A stretch of DNA of 64,000 bases from Candidatus Melainabacteria bacterium 17Bon1m (GTDB lineage Bacteria; Cyanobacteriota; Vampirovibrionia; Obscuribacterales; Obscuribacteraceae): contig JAVLKG010000011.1 in the NCBI GenBank assembly GCA_032128875.1, forward strand, positions 32,001 through 96,000, read 5' to 3'. Under the pieces are notes generated by a model. The model ran no database searches and was not told the origin of the DNA. It saw nothing but the letters and a program-made list of their open reading frames with translations. The translations under genes and the position numbers were made by a program. How positions within the stretch are numbered: position 1 is the first letter of the stretch; each line of letters starts with the position of its first letter. Of the stretch, positions 60,683 to 64,000 are shown one piece after another.

Positions 60683-62005
60683 ATGAACATAAATTGGCTG
60701 AATAGGCGTGCCGTCTCATTGTCGGTCGCATTTTCATTGGCGCTGGGATTCTCAGTGGCACCATTTTCGGTGCCTGCTGCAGTTTGTGCGCAAACCACCG
60801 GTAGTGCCGCCACTATTACTGATATAACGCCGGCGATTGAAGAAGAGAGTTCTGATGCCGGCGAGGCACAAAAGGTAAGTTCGGCTCAAGCGACCAAGGC
60901 TAGTGCTGATACAGCAAAAGCAAATAGTGAAATAACAAAAGCAAGTAGTGAAATAACGAAGCCAACCTCTGCAGCGGGCGCGAAAACCGGTGCCAGCAGC
61001 GCCAAAGACGTCGACGGTAAGCTGTTGAAAGGATCGGCTACGAAAGACGTCGATCGCTCTCCTATCCTTGATGGAGTTGTGCAAACGATACCACCGGGAG
61101 TGGACGTCAACCTTACTTTGAATTGCTTTCTGAATTCCGAACTCACACAAATCGGCGATGAATTATGTGCACGAGTATCAGTAGATGTGAAAGACGGCAG
61201 CAAAGTGATGTTGCCCGAGGGATGGTACATACGGGGGCTTGTCACCGATTCGGCTGGACGAAAAAGACATTCGCGCGACGGATATATCGAAGTGACATTC
61301 GATAAGCTCATTAGTCCAGATGGAGATATCGAACTCCAATTTCCCGCTAAGTTTTCTACCAAGGACAGCACACTCAAGTCTGTTGCCAAAGTCGCTATGA
61401 TCGATACCGCGATGGTCACAAAAGGCGCCATCAAGGGTGGTTTGCTCGGTCTCAAATACGGAGGCATTCCGGCAGCGGTTGCTTCTTACGGTATCGTCCC
61501 TGGTTCTACTGCTGCCGCCGGCGCAGCTTGGTATGGATACAAAGCTTTGCGCAGGCAGGGCGAGATTCGCAATTTTGCGCCAGGAGAAGTAATCAAATTG
61601 AAGACCGCAGGGCCGATCTCCTTGCCTGGTTTCAACGTAAGAGCTTTACCTTCGTATCAAAAGGCGCCACCGCTGCGCGGTGCCGTCATCAACGTCAACA
61701 AATGCTGGTTTATGCCGGACGAACGCGACAAGAAAGCCCAGTTGTTGAAGGTCGATTTCACCTTCGTCAATGAGACAAAGCGGACGTACAGCTTCCGTGA
61801 TTTCATCGTCACAACCAACCTGGGGCAGCTCTATTACCCTGAATTTGCGTCGCCCTCAAATTACACCCAGATGAAGAAGACGATCCCGCCAAACATGCAG
61901 CAGCGGGGGATTGTTACGTTTAACGTGGATAAAGGGAAGGGTGAGTACTATCTAATATTGATAGACGACTCCCGCAGAGAGCTTTCTCGGGCGTTGATTA
62001 AATAA
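60683..62005 (+). CDS. Secreted hypothetical protein (TrbI/VirB10-like beta region, C-terminal Ig-like domain)
   Basis: Signal peptide; LNSELTQIGD...LPEGWYIRG...IEVTFDKL; C-terminal VDFTFVNE...QRGIVTF. Confidence 0.65.
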   Translation: MNINWLNRRAVSLSVAFSLALGFSVAPFSVPAAVCAQTTGSAATITDITPAIEEESSDAGEAQKVSSAQATKASADTAKANSEITKASSEITKPTSAAGAKTGASSAKDVDGKLLKGSATKDVDRSPILDGVVQTIPPGVDVNLTLNCFLNSELTQIGDELCARVSVDVKDGSKVMLPEGWYIRGLVTDSAGRKRHSRDGYIEVTFDKLISPDGDIELQFPAKFSTKDSTLKSVAKVAMIDTAMVTKGAIKGGLLGLKYGGIPAAVASYGIVPGSTAAAGAAWYGYKALRRQGEIRNFAPGEVIKLKTAGPISLPGFNVRALPSYQKAPPLRGAVINVNKCWFMPDERDKKAQLLKVDFTFVNETKRTYSFRDFIVTTNLGQLYYPEFASPSNYTQMKKTIPPNMQQRGIVTFNVDKGKGEYYLILIDDSRRELSRALIK

Positions 62006-62197
62006 GCCCACGGTTTTCCCCCCTGATAACTGGATCTGAATCCTAAATCGTACTAATATACTTCTGTTGATTAGATCAAAACCTGATGTAATCGAGTTTA
62101 TATCCTCTATATAAAAAGAGGATCAGGATCAAGATCTATATAAGGTCTGGTTAGGCAGGTTTGCAGTTCTCTGGCAGGGAACCGCAGGGGGATATCG

Positions 62198-62887
62198 ATG
62201 AAAGCCCACTTGACTCAAATGCTGCAGTCTTTTCACGGCACTTCTCGCAACCGTCAGGTTGAAGGACAGCTGAGAAAGTTGCAGGGCCAGATTGTTCAGC
62301 TCGAGCGCGGCCTGAAAGAGAAAGAAAGAGAGATTGATAGGCTCCGCCATCAGCTCTCCAACTCTGATGCTCGCTTACAAGAGCTTATGGGTACCGATGT
62401 GCTGACGAATCTTCCGAATCGGCATGTCTTCAAAGAGCACCTCACACATTCGATGAAGCGCGCTTTGAGACTTGGATATTCGTTGTCTCTGATGCTGATA
62501 GATATCGATCACCTTCGCGATATCAATCTTCGTTATGGACACGAAGTAGGCGATGAAGTGCTGATTGAAGTCGGCAAAATACTGAAGAGTTCGGTGCGTG
62601 AGATCGACATGCCTGCCCGTTGGGGTGGCGAAGAGTTGGTCACCGTGCTGCACGAGACGGACGCCGAGGGCGCAATGGTAGTGGCAGAGAGAGTTCGCCG
62701 AAGAATCTCCATGCTGGAAGTGAAGGATCCTAAGACGGGCAAACCGATTAAGATCACCGCAACACTTGCAGTCGCCAGCTATCCACAGCACAGCAACGAT
62801 CCGCAAGGCTTGCTGGAAGCTGCATGCGAAGCGCTCATTGAGGCGAAAGATAAGGGCTGCAATAACGTCCTTACCGCTCAAACTTAA
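62198..62887 (+). CDS. Coiled-coil + GGDEF-domain diguanylate cyclase-like protein
   Basis: DVLTNLPNR, DIDH, YGHEVGD, REID I-site, RWGGEEL. Confidence 0.92.
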   Translation: MKAHLTQMLQSFHGTSRNRQVEGQLRKLQGQIVQLERGLKEKEREIDRLRHQLSNSDARLQELMGTDVLTNLPNRHVFKEHLTHSMKRALRLGYSLSLMLIDIDHLRDINLRYGHEVGDEVLIEVGKILKSSVREIDMPARWGGEELVTVLHETDAEGAMVVAERVRRRISMLEVKDPKTGKPIKITATLAVASYPQHSNDPQGLLEAACEALIEAKDKGCNNVLTAQT

Positions 62888-62943
62888 ACTTCAACATCTG
62901 TTTCAATCTGTTGACACGATAACGGCACTATCAGTGGTGCCTG

Positions 62944-63339
62944 TTAACTGTCGCCAATAATCGCATCCGCTTCGATTTCGACAAGCATGTCTGGTGATAT
63001 CAGCTTGCTGATTTGAATCATCGAAGTGACCGGTCGAATGTCTTTGAAAAAGGCACCATGAGCCTCTCCGACTGCTTGCCAGTCACGCTCAATGTCGACT
63101 ACGTACATGCGGGTGCGAACAACGTCATTTAGCGAGGCGCCCAAAGCTTTCAACGCCTTCTCTATGTTTTCAATCGTTTGCACTGTTTGCTTGTGTGCAT
63201 CGCCCACTCCAACAAGTTCACCCGCATCATTTGTTGCAGTGGTGCCAGAAACACTGATGTGATTACCCAAACGAACTGCTCGGGAATAGCCGACAATCGG
63301 TTCCCATTTGGTTCCGCTTGCATAGTTGGTGCGTTTCAT
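62944..63339 (-). CDS. RidA/YjgF/UK114 family protein
   Basis: [34 protein letters not shown]. Confidence 0.95.
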   Translation of the reverse strand: MKRTNYASGTKWEPIVGYSRAVRLGNHISVSGTTATNDAGELVGVGDAHKQTVQTIENIEKALKALGASLNDVVRTRMYVVDIERDWQAVGEAHGAFFKDIRPVTSMIQISKLISPDMLVEIEADAIIGDS

Positions 63340-63455
63340 TTTCGCCTCGCATTTTTGATGTTTCACAAAACAGGATTTAAAAACATTGGACCGGATCTCT
63401 GACGATCCGATCCAAATGAATTTTCAAATCTAGCTTTCGAATTTGCTTTGAAAAA

Positions 63456-63809
63456 CTATTTGACGTCCAATAGTTCTACGTCGAAAACCAATGTGGCATT
63501 GGGTGGAATTACTCCGCCAGCGCCTCTTGCGCCGTAGCCGAGTTCCGGCGGAATGGTCAGTTTGCGTTTGCCGCCAACTTTCATTGAAGCCACGCCTTCA
63601 TCCCAGCCTTTGATCACTTCGCCGCGTCCAATTGTGAATTGAAACGGTTGTCCGCGATCGCGCGAGCTGTCGAATTTTGTACCGTCGGTGAGCCAGCCGG
63701 TGTAATGTACCGAGACTCTTTGTCCTTGGCTCGGAGATGCTCCGTCGCCAACGTGGTCATCGTTATACTTCAATCCACTTGGAGTTGTAACTTCTTGTGC
63801 TTGAGTCAA
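63456..63809 (-). CDS. FKBP-type peptidyl-prolyl cis-trans isomerase
   Basis: [40 protein letters not shown] after AAGGAG. Confidence 0.97.
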   Translation of the reverse strand: MTQAQEVTTPSGLKYNDDHVGDGASPSQGQRVSVHYTGWLTDGTKFDSSRDRGQPFQFTIGRGEVIKGWDEGVASMKVGGKRKLTIPPELGYGARGAGGVIPPNATLVFDVELLDVK

Positions 63810-63839
63810 CTTTCTTCTCCTTAAATCAGTCAGTGAAAA

Positions 63840-64000
63840 CTATTGGACGCCCAATAGTTCAACGTCGAAAATCAAAGTTGCGTTCGGAGGAACTGCGCCG
63901 CCAGCGCCTCTGGAACCATATGCCAGATCTGGTGGAATGGTCAGCTTGCGTCTGCCGCCGACTTTCATCGAAGCAACGCCTTCGTCCCAACCCTTAATTA
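63840..64000 (-). CDS. Second FKBP-type PPIase, C-terminal part (truncated by window end)
   Basis: Manual translation [55 protein letters not shown]; not in the ORF track. Confidence 0.95.
   Translation of the reverse strand, partial: IKGWDEGVASMKVGGRRKLTIPPDLAYGSRGAGGAVPPNATLIFDVELLGVQ

Noticed and set aside
62006-62197. GATC-rich, AT-rich intergenic region as a replication origin
   Set aside because: No convincing DnaA boxes; it is adequately explained as the GGDEF gene promoter.

Overview
A gene-dense bacterial chromosomal segment. The cyanobacteria-like housekeeping genes, absence of photosynthesis genes and many TPR proteins and Hanks kinases suggest a non-photosynthetic cyanobacterial relative (Melainabacteria/Vampirovibrionia, possibly Obscuribacterales); this is inference only. 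Core genes: metH (3' end), a yitJ-type Hcy methyltransferase/MTHFR fusion, lepA, hemL, an ahcY-like gene, maf, arginase, lexA, rqcH, gmk-rpoZ, dusB, larC, clpB, ridA and two tandem FKBPs. There is also a sugar-modification trio, a kinase/FHA/PP2C/ABC1 operon and an AbiE type IV toxin-antitoxin pair. Two standout observations. (1) At 7.9-14.5 kb a DUF692/MNIO enzyme and a small coupled partner lie downstream of five paralogous 315-345 aa signal-peptide-bearing proteins that all end in a chryseobasin-like Cys core (CPACGMG, CHGCGRG, or CGHxxWW-x10-12-CGMG). This looks like a RiPP-type system modifying the C-termini of full-size secreted proteins. (2) At 55.5-56.8 kb two ORFs are joined in frame through a single TGA followed by a SECIS-like hairpin, a candidate secreted SelN/thioredoxin-like selenoprotein. 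A family of GTAG-initiated REP-like palindromes, including a seven-unit array, is dispersed through the window. No rRNA, tRNA or CRISPR was recognised. All calls are by eye; no searches were run.
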